Positions 18,177-27,838 of a DNA stretch of 64,000 bases are shown piece by piece. Source of the stretch: Pseudomonadota bacterium (GTDB taxonomy: Bacteria > Bdellovibrionota_B > Oligoflexia > Silvanigrellales > Silvanigrellaceae). Position numbers and translations under genes: made by a program. Location of the stretch: assembly GCA_041184525.1 (NCBI GenBank), contig JBEGJP010000317.1:5093-69092 (forward strand), given 5' to 3'. The notes beneath the pieces were generated by a model. The model saw nothing but the letters and a program-made list of their open reading frames with translations, was not told the origin of the DNA and searched no databases. Within the stretch, counting starts at the first letter, position 1. Each line of letters begins with the position of its first letter.

Positions 18177-19625
18177 TCATTTTTGTGCACTGTTTTGATT
18201 GAGGCCCAGACTTCTCAGGCGTTGCCCCCGCTCGAGGCGTGCTCGGATCTGGACCGACTGTTCCGCCATGTCGGGCTTGCCCAACAGAGCAAACATGTTT
18301 GTTTTGTACGCTTCGACACCCGGTTGGTCGAAGGGGTTCACGCCGCGGGCCAAACCGCCCACACCGCAGGCAAACATGTTCAAATAGAGCCAATACCCCA
18401 TCCAGAAAGCGGACAATTCAGGAATGTCCCAAAACAGAGTGGGCACTCCGCCATCGGCATGTGCCAGACTGGTTCCGAGCATCGCCTCGTGTTGGACGTG
18501 TTCCAAGTTGTGGCCGTTGAGATAATCGAAACCGTCCGCAAGACCAGGTTGCGGGATTTTGAGTTTGCGCTTTTGCGTTCCGCGGCTCAGTGACGCTTCG
18601 TCGAGAATGCGCAGGTGGGTCGCAAAAAGATGGCGTTCGCCCTCTTGGAAATATTGTCCCATCGAATGGAGATCGGTTGAGAATTGGACGCTGGCAGGGA
18701 AAAGACCCGTATTGCCTTTGGCATCACTCTCACCGAAAAGCTGTTTCCACCATTCAGCAATGCCGCGCAGTTTTGGTGTCCAATGACACAGCGCTTCAAT
18801 TTTGAAACCTTCTTTGTAGAGCGCATTTCGGATTGCGGCATAGCACAGGGCAGGGTTGGTCTCGAGGGCTTCATTTTTATCACTGATGGCGTCAGCACGT
18901 GCTTGCCTCGCACCTTCCACAAACTGTGCAACATCAATTCCCGCCACAGCCAAAGGCAGCAATCCGACAGGAGTGAAGATGGAGTAGCGCCCTCCCACGT
19001 TCCGCGGGATCTGGAGGGCCGGATAGCCATGTGTGCGTGCCAGTTTGAGCAGAGTGCCGCTTTCAGGATCGGTGATCGTGAAAATGCGCGATGCTGATTC
19101 ACGTTCTCCAAAGCGATCATCCAAATATTGTTTCAGAATGCGAAAAGCGAGCGCGGGTTCTGTGGTTGTTCCGGATTTAGAAACCACCAGCAGGCTGGGT
19201 GAAAACTGATCCAACACGTCGAGAAGTTCGGCCAGTTCATCTGTCGCGATGTGATGTCCGGCCCAAAACAGGACGGGACGACGGTGGAACTGTGCGGGTT
19301 GGACGGAAGCAAAGGTGTGTGTCAGAGCTTCGTAGACTGCTTTTGTTCCCAGCAGACTTCCACCAATACCAATAACGACGAGAGCGTCGGAGTGGGTTGC
19401 AATCCGTTCCGCGAGGGATTTTGTTTCATTGACCCAGCGCGGCGCATGGTCCTCAATTCCGTGCACCCATCCCATGAAGTCAGAGCCTTTGCCTACGCCG
19501 TTGACGAGGGATTTTTTCGCAGCCACCATCTGTGGCATGGAATCGTGGAGCAGTCGCTCCAATGGAACGACATCGTGTGCTTTTGTCCAATCAAGAGCAA
19601 TTCGTTTGCTGTCTGCCGTTGGCAT
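18177..19625 (-). CDS. pgi: Glucose-6-phosphate isomerase
   Basis: SIS-domain motifs VVIGIGGSLLG and NVGGRYSIFTPVG are present. At 482 aa it matches the short bacterial Pgi type. Confidence 0.85.
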   Translation of the reverse strand: MPTADSKRIALDWTKAHDVVPLERLLHDSMPQMVAAKKSLVNGVGKGSDFMGWVHGIEDHAPRWVNETKSLAERIATHSDALVVIGIGGSLLGTKAVYEALTHTFASVQPAQFHRRPVLFWAGHHIATDELAELLDVLDQFSPSLLVVSKSGTTTEPALAFRILKQYLDDRFGERESASRIFTITDPESGTLLKLARTHGYPALQIPRNVGGRYSIFTPVGLLPLAVAGIDVAQFVEGARQARADAISDKNEALETNPALCYAAIRNALYKEGFKIEALCHWTPKLRGIAEWWKQLFGESDAKGNTGLFPASVQFSTDLHSMGQYFQEGERHLFATHLRILDEASLSRGTQKRKLKIPQPGLADGFDYLNGHNLEHVQHEAMLGTSLAHADGGVPTLFWDIPELSAFWMGYWLYLNMFACGVGGLARGVNPFDQPGVEAYKTNMFALLGKPDMAEQSVQIRARLERGQRLRSLGLNQNSAQK

Positions 19626-19713
19626 CTTCTGGGCCTCGTGCTGGAAATGAGGAAGGGAAACAGTTAGAAGTTGTAACAGCCCCTTGCTCCGGAGGCAATT
19701 GAGAGGAACGCCG

Positions 19714-20997
19714 ATGAACGCGCTCGGTCCACGCCGGTTTCGAAATATACTTTTGACAGGTCTCCCTGGTGTCGGAAAGACAGCTTTCGCACGTGCCTAT
19801 GCGCAGATGTCGCGCACTGAATGTGTCGACCTCGATCGCTACGTGGAGAAGCTCGCCGGAAAGCCGATCCGCGAAATTTTTGCGCAGCAAGGAGAGTTGG
19901 CCTTTCGTGAATTGGAGGCGGCGTGTTTGGAGCGTCTTCTGCGCAGGCAGCGGTGCACAATTGCTTTGGGAGGAGGAACCCTCACGCACCCGAGGTCGCT
20001 GCAGCTGGCTCAGGAACTGGGTTGCATCGTTCTCCTCACAGCGCCGGTTGAAGTCATTGCACAGCGTTTGTTTGCAGAACGAGAGAGTCGCCCCTTGTTG
20101 GCCGATTGTCAGAGCGAAAGTGAATTGAAAGAGCGACTTTCTCAGCTTTGGAAAGAGCGGGAGTCCAGTTACGCAGAGGCCGATCTGATTTTGGAGACCA
20201 CCCACAGTTCAGTGGATACCCTGAAGATCGAACTTTCTTGGCTCGAACATCAGCTGTTGAAAGAGCAAATCGCATGGACTTCTGAGGCGGGGGAGGTGCC
20301 GTTGCACCGTGTCCTTCCTTTGGCCGATCCTGACTACCGTTCACCTCGCGAACAAAGGAGCGGACGCGACATTTCTGACAAAATGGAACGGCTGCTGAAA
20401 GCGCAGAGGCAGAAAGATCGGGGAGAAAAACGCAGCAAGCGGGACAAGAAAGATCAACCCGCCGGCCGTTCAGACCATGGTGCGAGGGCTGTGACACGTC
20501 CGCAAGGAACTGCCGCGGATGCAAGTTCGGATGGTGCTGAAGTGAAAGGGCCATCACAGAAAACGCAACGCCAAGGTTCTCCTGCTCCGCGTGGACAGGC
20601 TCCGCGACCAGGAAAGGCCGGAAATCGCACCGAAGGTCCGACACCGCGCACCGAAGGTCCGACACCGCGTACCGAAGGTCCGACACCGCGTACCGAAGGT
20701 CCCACGCCGCGCACCGAAGGTCCGACACCGCGCACCGAAGGCCCGACGCCGCGCACCGAAGGCCCGACGCCACGCACCGAAGGCCCGACGCCACTCACCG
20801 AAGGTCCGACACCCCGCACCGAAGGTCCCACGCCGCGTGCAGCCTCGTCTGCTTCGACTTCTCCAGCCCCAGTGGCACGTGACTCAAGACAATCGAGACA
20901 AAATTCCGGTGGTGCACAAAAGAGCGATGGGGAAAGAAATCGGCCGGAGAACTCTCAGGAGCGTCCGGCCGATAAAAAGCCATGGGATGGGGAGTGA
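19714..20997 (+). CDS. aroK: Shikimate kinase with a ~250-aa disordered C-terminal extension containing 10 TEGPTPR repeats
   Basis: The N-terminal ~170 aa carry a P-loop (LLTGLPGVGKT), DLD, GGG and RPLL as in AroK. The rest is a charged, P/G/R-rich tail. The ATG at 19714 is preceded by GAGAGG. Confidence 0.75.
   Translation: MNALGPRRFRNILLTGLPGVGKTAFARAYAQMSRTECVDLDRYVEKLAGKPIREIFAQQGELAFRELEAACLERLLRRQRCTIALGGGTLTHPRSLQLAQELGCIVLLTAPVEVIAQRLFAERESRPLLADCQSESELKERLSQLWKERESSYAEADLILETTHSSVDTLKIELSWLEHQLLKEQIAWTSEAGEVPLHRVLPLADPDYRSPREQRSGRDISDKMERLLKAQRQKDRGEKRSKRDKKDQPAGRSDHGARAVTRPQGTAADASSDGAEVKGPSQKTQRQGSPAPRGQAPRPGKAGNRTEGPTPRTEGPTPRTEGPTPRTEGPTPRTEGPTPRTEGPTPRTEGPTPRTEGPTPLTEGPTPRTEGPTPRAASSASTSPAPVARDSRQSRQNSGGAQKSDGERNRPENSQERPADKKPWDGE
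20629..20838 (+). repeat. Ten tandem 21-bp repeats (ACC GAA GGY CCN ACR CCN CGY) encoding TEGPTPR
   Basis: This was read directly from the sequence. The units differ almost only at third codon positions of the + frame; the one replacement is CGC->CTC in unit 8. Confidence 0.95.
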
Positions 20998-21020
20998 AAA
21001 TTCTGTTCTCTCTGTGAGCT

Positions 21021-22511
21021 TCAGTTCTGTGCGAAACGCGACCAGCTTTTCAGGTACGTGTAACCCATCTTGAGTTGGTAATCGTTCTTCAAATTATTCG
21101 GCCATTTGTCGACGTCGCTGGCAAATCCCAAATTTGCTGCGGCTTTGTTGAGGTCGTTGGCCTCGATGTGCCCTTCGAGATCGATTTCCTTGCGATTGCC
21201 GCGGGTGGCAGGCGGAGTGCTGCCACTCGCATCGTCTTCTTTCAGTTGATCAGTGCTTCCTTGCGGCATGCTTTTACTGGGTGGAACACTCCCTCTTAAA
21301 TTAGGATTGGCAGGGAGAATCACATCGGGGTTGATTCCTTTCGCCTGTATGCTTCTGCCATTGGGAGTGTAGTAACGGGCCACCGTCATTTTCAATCCGG
21401 CGCCGTTCGAAAGGGGAATAATCGATTGAACGCTGCCTTTTCCGAAGGTGGGCATTCCCACGATCAGCGCGCGGTTGTGGTCTTGCAACGCACCTGCAAC
21501 AATCTCTGATGCACTGGCGGAGGCCTCATTCACAAGCACAACCATGGGCATATAAGGATGCGTCTGACGTTTGCTTGCGTATTCCACCTCTTGCCGAGCC
21601 CTGTCACGTCCGACCGTTGAGACGATGATCCCTGAATCTAAAAAGAGGTCGGCGACACGCACGGCTTGGTCGAGAAGACCTCCGGGATTGCTCCTCAAAT
21701 CGAGAATCAGGCCATTGAGTTTTCCATTATTTTCAGCTTCGTAGCGCCTGAGTGCTTTGTCGACCTGCTCGTTGGTGTCTTCCTGAAAAACGCCAATACG
21801 GACGTAAGCATATCCCGCGGAGAGAGATTGGTGGGTCACGCTTGTGCTTTTTATGATCTCTCTCATGATTTGGAGAATCTTCGATTTTTGCCGGATGCCT
21901 CGGAGTGCACCCGCTTCGGGAGCCGGTTGGATTTCCAGCTTGACGTTGGAACCGGGCAGGCCGCGGAGTTTGTTCAGAACCTCTTCGATGTTGCTTTTGG
22001 TCACTTGGATGCCATCCACTCCAAGAATCACATCGCCCGCTTGGATTTTAGCCTTGGCGGCAGGGGTGTCAGGCACGACTTCGATGACTTCCAGCCGACC
22101 GTTTTGCTGGGAAAGCACGACTCCAATGCCTCCGAATTTTCCTGATGTGTCGTTTGTCAGCTCGCGGAGCTGCTGGGCAGGCAAGTAGGCTGTGTGAGGG
22201 TCCAAGGAGCCCGCCATGCCTTTCAAGGCTTTCTCAATGAGCGCGTCGCTCGCCACCGCTTTTTCGTCGACATACATGGTTTCCAAAAGATTCAAGACGC
22301 GGCTGAATGACTCGAGTGATTGGAATTTTTTATTCCTTGTTTCGAGCACCTCGGCCGGGGTCTCGGGCGCGTTCTCTTTGGCAGCCTCAGTGTTCCCTTT
22401 GGTTTCAGTGGGAGTTGCGGCAAAACACCTGAAATCTTGAGGAAACAGGGAGAGGCCGACAGTGAGCGTGAAAATCGTTCTGGAATAGCGGTTCAGGCTT
22501 TTTTTGCTCAT
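21021..22511 (-). CDS. Carboxy-terminal processing peptidase (S41A, Ctp/Prc-like) with PDZ domain
   Basis: A PDZ segment (GIGVVLSQQNGRLEVIEVVPDTPAAKAKIQAGDVILGVDG) and S41 motifs (DLRSNPGGLL, NEASASASE, FGKGSVQ) are present. ATG 22511 gives a signal peptide; 22589 is an alternative start. Confidence 0.85.
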   Translation of the reverse strand: MSKKSLNRYSRTIFTLTVGLSLFPQDFRCFAATPTETKGNTEAAKENAPETPAEVLETRNKKFQSLESFSRVLNLLETMYVDEKAVASDALIEKALKGMAGSLDPHTAYLPAQQLRELTNDTSGKFGGIGVVLSQQNGRLEVIEVVPDTPAAKAKIQAGDVILGVDGIQVTKSNIEEVLNKLRGLPGSNVKLEIQPAPEAGALRGIRQKSKILQIMREIIKSTSVTHQSLSAGYAYVRIGVFQEDTNEQVDKALRRYEAENNGKLNGLILDLRSNPGGLLDQAVRVADLFLDSGIIVSTVGRDRARQEVEYASKRQTHPYMPMVVLVNEASASASEIVAGALQDHNRALIVGMPTFGKGSVQSIIPLSNGAGLKMTVARYYTPNGRSIQAKGINPDVILPANPNLRGSVPPSKSMPQGSTDQLKEDDASGSTPPATRGNRKEIDLEGHIEANDLNKAAANLGFASDVDKWPNNLKNDYQLKMGYTYLKSWSRFAQN

Positions 22512-22648
22512 CGATGACCCCACATTTTTGCTAATTGTGACCGCCAGTTGGCGACTGGTCAAGAGCAGTTCTGTATTTGGTGACATCAAAAAACTAAACT
22601 AAAATTCAAGGAAATCCGAGAAGGTAAGTATAACTGAGGAGGTGTTCA

Positions 22649-23173
22649 GTGGCCATCCTTTCGAAACAGCCCCATGTCGCGTTTGTCCTGAAGTTAGGGG
22701 CAGCTGTCTCAGTTGCGGGTCTTCTCCTGTCGTCCTGTGGGAGCCAACCCAATCCGACCTTGGATTTGGGAAAATCAGGGACGGAAAAGGCGCTGCAGAG
22801 TGAGGGATTGGGAGCCAAGTCACTGAGTGCCGTGCGAGCCAACAGTGCAGAGCTGGCGAGTGAGCCTGAAGCGCCTGTTGTGAGTCGTCCAAAAATCTTC
22901 ACCAGCAGGATAGAACCATTGAGCCTGCAAAAGGGTGGTGCAGCTAAGGTCACGCTTCCTTTGAGTAGTGAAAGCAGCGTCTCTGCCATGATTCGTTCCA
23001 TCGATTTTTCAAGCCAAAGTTCGGGACTCAGTGAGTCGAGTGTACAGGGTAAAGTTCTGTCTGTGGTGGTTTCGGAAGATGCAGAAGAGGGACGCCACGA
23101 CGGTCAAATTGTCGTGCGCCTCGAAAGCGGCGCTGAGTTTGTTCAGTCTGTCGTGATCAATGTGCTTCCCTGA
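22649..23173 (+). CDS. Hypothetical lipoprotein
   Basis: The GTG at 22649 lies 6 nt after GAGGAGG. The lipobox is LLLSSC. The 3' end overlaps the convergent rsmA by 17 nt. Confidence 0.55.
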   Translation: MAILSKQPHVAFVLKLGAAVSVAGLLLSSCGSQPNPTLDLGKSGTEKALQSEGLGAKSLSAVRANSAELASEPEAPVVSRPKIFTSRIEPLSLQKGGAAKVTLPLSSESSVSAMIRSIDFSSQSSGLSESSVQGKVLSVVVSEDAEEGRHDGQIVVRLESGAEFVQSVVINVLP

Positions 23174-24050
23174 GAAGTCTGAAGAGTTCCAGAATTTGCG
23201 GTGGCGGTAGTTCTTCGGGGCGCTGGGTCAGCGAAACGGAGAGCTGCCGTTGAGCTTTTTCCGCGAATTCCTCAAAGCCGTTTTCACTGAAGGTCTGGCC
23301 GAAAACCGATGGCTTGGCCTGCTGCAAAGTCTTGCGCAGCATTTTTCTTCTCGCACTGAAAAGGAAAGCGGTGAATTTTTCAAATAATGCGAGTTCGTCT
23401 GCACGCAATGGAGTTTCACCCCACGGAACAAGACTGACCACGGCAGAATCCACTTTCGGCGGAGGAACAAATGCAGACGCCGGAGCGACCAAAACCTGTT
23501 CCACCGTGCAGGCCAACTGCATGCGCACAGTGAGGCGGCCGTAATCTTTGTGGCCCGGTCCTGCCGCCAGACGTTCCGCGACTTCTTTCTGCACCATAAA
23601 AACTCCTGCACACAAGTTCTTCTGTTGTGCAAGAAACCAAAAAAGAATGTCGCTTGTGATGTAGTAAGGGATATTGCCGATGCAAAGTGGCATGCAAGAT
23701 GCTTCCGGAACCATCGGAAGAGCTTTTGTTTGGAGAATGTCCGCTTCCGAGACAGCAAAAGTGGACGGGTATTCGAGCGCGAGACTGCTGCGGAGTCCGG
23801 CGACGGCACGCGCATCTTTCTCAATAGCATGCACATGCCAGCCGGCGGCGAGCAATTTTCTGGTGAGAGCGCCCGAGCCGGGGCCGATTTCAATGCATTG
23901 CCGCTGCGACTTATTGGCAAACTGTTCAGCATGGCCGACAATTTGAGAAAGAATGGACTCGTCTTTGAGGAAATTCTGTCCGAGGCGCTTGTTCGTTTCC
24001 AGTTCGAAGGCGAAATGCTCACCACGGGCCAGCTTCTTATTGTTTTTCAT
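23157..24050 (-). CDS. rsmA: 16S rRNA (adenine1518/1519-N6)-dimethyltransferase
   Basis: The motifs LGQNFL, EIGPGSGALT and GNIPYYITS are typical of KsgA/RsmA. Confidence 0.88.
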   Translation of the reverse strand: MKNNKKLARGEHFAFELETNKRLGQNFLKDESILSQIVGHAEQFANKSQRQCIEIGPGSGALTRKLLAAGWHVHAIEKDARAVAGLRSSLALEYPSTFAVSEADILQTKALPMVPEASCMPLCIGNIPYYITSDILFWFLAQQKNLCAGVFMVQKEVAERLAAGPGHKDYGRLTVRMQLACTVEQVLVAPASAFVPPPKVDSAVVSLVPWGETPLRADELALFEKFTAFLFSARRKMLRKTLQQAKPSVFGQTFSENGFEEFAEKAQRQLSVSLTQRPEELPPPQILELFRLLREAH

Positions 24051-25168
24051 CGCGCAGGCGCTTTCAACTCATAGGGGTAACGTGAAAAGGGGTGCGGTGT
24101 CGGGTGTTCCGAGTGCGGCAGCAGAGCATGCAGTCCAATCATCGTCGCATTGTCAGAGCACAGGCTCATGGGTGCAAAATGCACCTCCAGATGTGAAAAC
24201 TGTTTCAGTTGCTCGCGGAAGTAGGAATTCGCGGCAACACCCCCTGCAATCAGGATGGTGCGGACCTCAGGATGATCTGAAAGCGCATTTTTGAGCCGAT
24301 CCACCAATTGGCCAATCGCTGCCTCTTGAAAGGCCTTTGCCATTTCCGCTTTGGTGGTTGCCGGAAGAGTGTCCCCTTTCACTTTGCCCATCGGATGACC
24401 CAATTCACGGCGGACGCTGTCGAGAACCTGCGTTTTCAAGCCGCTGAAGCTGAAGCCGTAACGGTTTTGTTTGTCTGCGAGGGTGGATTTGAATTTGTAT
24501 TGAGAGGTTGCCGCTTGGGATGCCAGCTGTTCGAGATGCGGGCCTCCGGGATAAGGCAGTCCGAGGAGTTTTGCCACTTTGTCGAAGGCCTCGCCACAGG
24601 CATCATCTGCGGTGTGTCCAAGCAAAAAACGTTCATGTGAGGACTTGAGATAACTGAGCAGGCAATGCCCTCCGCTCACGGTGAGAGTCAGCGCGGGAAA
24701 CTGTGTTTTCCGCACCTCTTTCCACACGCTCACATCGCTGACAGGAAGAAAATTCTCCAACAGCAATGCGGGAGCGAGATGTGCATCGACGTGATTGATT
24801 CCGATGAGGGGTTTGCCAATCGCATGAGAAAGTCCTTGTGCGAAGAGCGTGCCCACCATCAGGGCTCCGATGAGTCCGGGACCCAGTGTGACTGCAACAG
24901 CATCGAGATGATGAGGTTCGATTTGAGCTGTTTGCAGCGCCAGATGAGCCAGAGGAGTGATTTTAGAAAGATGATCGCGGGCAGCGACTTCAGGCACCAC
25001 CCCGCCGAAAGGGATATGTGATGTTTGACTCTCGACGATATGCGCAAGAACACGCACGCGCCGAGGGAGGTCAGATTTCCATTTTCCATCGGCAAAATCA
25101 GCTTCCAGAAGAGAAACGGATGTTTCATCACAGGACGATTCGATGGCCAGCAAATTGAGGTTGGGCAC
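24047..25168 (-). CDS. tsaD: tRNA N6-adenosine threonylcarbamoyltransferase
   Basis: The motifs LAIESSCDETS, GVVPEVAARDH and IAGGVAAN are present. Its stop overlaps the rsmA start (ATGA). Confidence 0.9.
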   Translation of the reverse strand: MPNLNLLAIESSCDETSVSLLEADFADGKWKSDLPRRVRVLAHIVESQTSHIPFGGVVPEVAARDHLSKITPLAHLALQTAQIEPHHLDAVAVTLGPGLIGALMVGTLFAQGLSHAIGKPLIGINHVDAHLAPALLLENFLPVSDVSVWKEVRKTQFPALTLTVSGGHCLLSYLKSSHERFLLGHTADDACGEAFDKVAKLLGLPYPGGPHLEQLASQAATSQYKFKSTLADKQNRYGFSFSGLKTQVLDSVRRELGHPMGKVKGDTLPATTKAEMAKAFQEAAIGQLVDRLKNALSDHPEVRTILIAGGVAANSYFREQLKQFSHLEVHFAPMSLCSDNATMIGLHALLPHSEHPTPHPFSRYPYELKAPAR

Positions 25169-26044
25169 TTAAACTCCCAAGCGTGCGAGGCGTTCTTTTG
25201 ATGCCTTACATTCTTCGCGATCGGGAAATTGCCGCACACATTCCGAGTAAAGTGCTTTTGCTGCCCGAAGTTGCTTCAAGTAAACGCAGCTGTCGCCGGC
25301 GAGCAGCAGGGCTCTGGGCTTCCTTTCGAAGTTGGGATACCGATCGATGAGTTCCATGAGGTCAATGGCCGCCTTGTCGTAATGCTGAAGTTGAAATTGT
25401 GCCTCCGCACGGAATTCCATGGCCAGTGTTTTCATGGGTTCGGAGTTTGAATTGTTGATCACATTTGAGGCCAGTTTGACCACCTTCACATAGTCTTTTT
25501 GAGCGTAGGCTCCGCCGAGAACCTTGGCCAATTCTGCCGGAGTTTTGACCGTGAGGGTCACCTTTACTTTAGGAGTCGTATCCGTGGCCGACCGAGCGAT
25601 GAGTTCGGTTTTTGTCAATCGCTTTTCCACTTTCGCTTGCCAGTCTTCCATATCGTTGGCGCGAGCGGGTGCGGAATCGTCGGTGAGGGTTTTGGCATTC
25701 AGACCGCTCGTCGTGGCTCCTTCCTGTACGCGGGAGAACTTGACGCGCAGTTCATCGATAGCGCCCTGTGTCATTGCCAGCTGCCGCTTCACTTCATCGA
25801 GATCACCCTTTGTAGAAAGAACTTTGCGGCTCGATTCTTCCGATGAGTCCCGCACGGCATCGACTGTTCTGTCGCGCAGCTGGATCTGCTTTTCCATCTC
25901 AATCATTCTTGATTCGAATGAAGTGAGTTTGGCCTGCAGCTCTTCCTCGCGTTTCGATGTCATGCAGGACGTCAAAAAAGCTGCGCAAGTCGTGCTGAAC
26001 AATAGGAAGGAAAGTTTCTTCTTGTTGCGCTGATGCTTCAGCAT
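25169..26044 (-). CDS. YbgF/CpoB-like coiled-coil + TPR lipoprotein
   Basis: It has the lipobox FLTSC, an N-terminal coiled coil (EELQAKLTSFESRMIEMEKQIQL) and a C-terminal TPR-like segment ending ...YPNFERKPRALLLAGDSCVYLKQLRAAKALYSECVRQFP. The start is ATG 26044 or 26065. Confidence 0.55.
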   Translation of the reverse strand: MLKHQRNKKKLSFLLFSTTCAAFLTSCMTSKREEELQAKLTSFESRMIEMEKQIQLRDRTVDAVRDSSEESSRKVLSTKGDLDEVKRQLAMTQGAIDELRVKFSRVQEGATTSGLNAKTLTDDSAPARANDMEDWQAKVEKRLTKTELIARSATDTTPKVKVTLTVKTPAELAKVLGGAYAQKDYVKVVKLASNVINNSNSEPMKTLAMEFRAEAQFQLQHYDKAAIDLMELIDRYPNFERKPRALLLAGDSCVYLKQLRAAKALYSECVRQFPDREECKASKERLARLGV

Positions 26045-26194
26045 AGTGCCGGAAAGACGTCTCATAGGCGTATTTGTCCCTCGTCATGTCAGAGGAGTTT
26101 GTTTCATAATTGTCGCAAAGGTTGCTTGAGCAACCCTGACCCTACAAAATACGCTTCTTCGGCGTCCAGTTCAACCTCGGGCAGGGGAATTTCA

Positions 26195-26839
26195 ATGGGA
26201 ATTATTCAAAAAACACAGTCTCTTGTGGACGGACTGCAGTCGCTGATGAAGGACTTTCGTGAATTGCCCGAAGCGGTGCGCGGTAAGGATCCGGCAGCCC
26301 GCTCGAGTTTTGAAGTTCTTTGCCTCTATCCGGGGGTCAAGGCAGTGTTGTTCCACCGCGTGTCACACGCGCTCTGGCAAATGGACGCCACCTTTGCGGC
26401 GCGCATGACGTCCGAGTTCAGCAGGTTTCTCACCGGCATTGAAATTCATCCGGGCGCAGAGCTGGGTCGCCGCGTTGTGATCGATCACGGGATGGGAACT
26501 GTCATCGGCGAAACCGCTGTCGTCGGAGATGATGTGCTGCTGTATCAAAACGTCACTCTGGGCAGTTCGCGCGCCCGAGACGGGCGGCGACATCCCGTGA
26601 TTGAACGCGGTGCCATTGTGGGTGCAGGTGCGACCATCATCGGTCCGGTTGTGGTGGGCGAGGAAGCAAAAGTCGGCGCGGGGGCGGTTGTGGCTCGCAA
26701 TGTACCGCCCAATACGGTCGTAACCGGAATTCCAGCCATGCCGAAGCGCTCCGTGCGCACTGAACTTGTGTCAGGACAACCTCTGCACATCGACGCAGTG
26801 AGGAGTGAAGCGAAGAAAATGCGCCGCCAGCAGCCGTGA
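26195..26839 (+). CDS. cysE: Serine O-acetyltransferase
   Basis: A hexapeptide-repeat region (GIEIHPGAELGRRVVIDHGMGTVIGETAVVGDDVLLYQNVTLG) follows a SAT N-domain. The ATG at 26195 is internal to the track ORF. Confidence 0.85.
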   Translation: MGIIQKTQSLVDGLQSLMKDFRELPEAVRGKDPAARSSFEVLCLYPGVKAVLFHRVSHALWQMDATFAARMTSEFSRFLTGIEIHPGAELGRRVVIDHGMGTVIGETAVVGDDVLLYQNVTLGSSRARDGRRHPVIERGAIVGAGATIIGPVVVGEEAKVGAGAVVARNVPPNTVVTGIPAMPKRSVRTELVSGQPLHIDAVRSEAKKMRRQQP

Positions 26840-26891
26840 GACTTTCAAAAGAGTCGAGTCGTTGCTTTTATCGCTGCTGAAGGCCACCGGA

Positions 26892-27791
26892 TTAGGGTTT
26901 GCTTGGTGCTTTTTCAACCGGTGGCGCTTTGTTTTCACCCTTGGTGTTTTCACCGCTTTCACCGGGCTGGGCAGGTTCATCGGGAATCATCTCTGTCGGG
27001 GTGTCGTAGAGGATTTTGATATCGACGCGGCGGTTCATACTTCTATCTTCGGGAGTGGTATTCGAAGCTACAGGGCGGGTGTCGGCGAATCCGGCAGCAT
27101 AAATGGTTTGTGGATTGAATTTATGCTTCTCAATGAAATAGCGCACCACAGCTGACGCACGTGCCGCACTCAACTCCCAGTTTGTCATGCCGTTCATGTT
27201 GAAAGGGAGGTTGTCTGTGTGTCCTTCCACCCGAACCTGACGTCCCATGTTCTGAACAGCAGCCGCAACCCCATCCAAGACCGCCTTCGCATCATTGTTC
27301 AATCCTGTTTCACTCGGTTTGAAGAACTTGCGCGCGAGAAGGGTGACGCGAATGCCATCATTGTCCTTGTTGACAAAAACCACTCTGTCATCGGGCTTCT
27401 GATCCTGTGCCTGCGGAAAGTCCTTGGAGCCGTAGAGCCGCTCAGCAATGTCCCGCTCCAGTTTCATTGACTCCGCAGCAATAATGGCAGCCATTTCACG
27501 GCGCGTGCGGGTCGTGATCTGTTCGCGGTTGGTGTTGCCTTTGGTAAAACGAAAAATTCCGTTTTTCATATCCTGCCCGCGTGGAATGCCTTCGGGCATG
27601 GTTTCATCATCAAACTCATTGGCAAAGGCACGCTGGATGGAAACTTCGACTTTTTTCGCTTTCGATTTGTCGAGGTTGGCCATGGCATAAAGCACCACAA
27701 AAAGTGCAAAGAGCAGTGTCATCATGTCGGCAAAGGCCACAAGCCACCGTTCGTGGTTCTCAAACTCGGGGCATTTTTGTTTCTTTGCCAT
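26892..27791 (-). CDS. motB: Flagellar motor stator protein MotB (OmpA-like C-domain)
   Basis: The N-terminal plug/TM segment (WLVAFADMMTLLFALFVVLYA) carries the conserved Asp. The OmpA-like region is VRVEGHTDNLPF...NWELSAARA...NRRVDI. Confidence 0.8.
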   Translation of the reverse strand: MAKKQKCPEFENHERWLVAFADMMTLLFALFVVLYAMANLDKSKAKKVEVSIQRAFANEFDDETMPEGIPRGQDMKNGIFRFTKGNTNREQITTRTRREMAAIIAAESMKLERDIAERLYGSKDFPQAQDQKPDDRVVFVNKDNDGIRVTLLARKFFKPSETGLNNDAKAVLDGVAAAVQNMGRQVRVEGHTDNLPFNMNGMTNWELSAARASAVVRYFIEKHKFNPQTIYAAGFADTRPVASNTTPEDRSMNRRVDIKILYDTPTEMIPDEPAQPGESGENTKGENKAPPVEKAPSKP

Positions 27792-27838
27792 CGTTGCGCC
27801 TTTCGCCTTGCTCTCTGATGACTCAATACGCCGTGCGG

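Noticed and set aside
20054-20831. Minus-strand ORFs across the 21-bp tandem repeats (GVGPSVR and SGLRCAA repeat translations), and the idea that the repeat array could be CRISPR-like.
   Set aside because: The units are directly tandem with no spacers, so this is not a CRISPR array. Variation between units is synonymous only in the + frame of the aroK-tail ORF, which supports that frame over the antisense ones.
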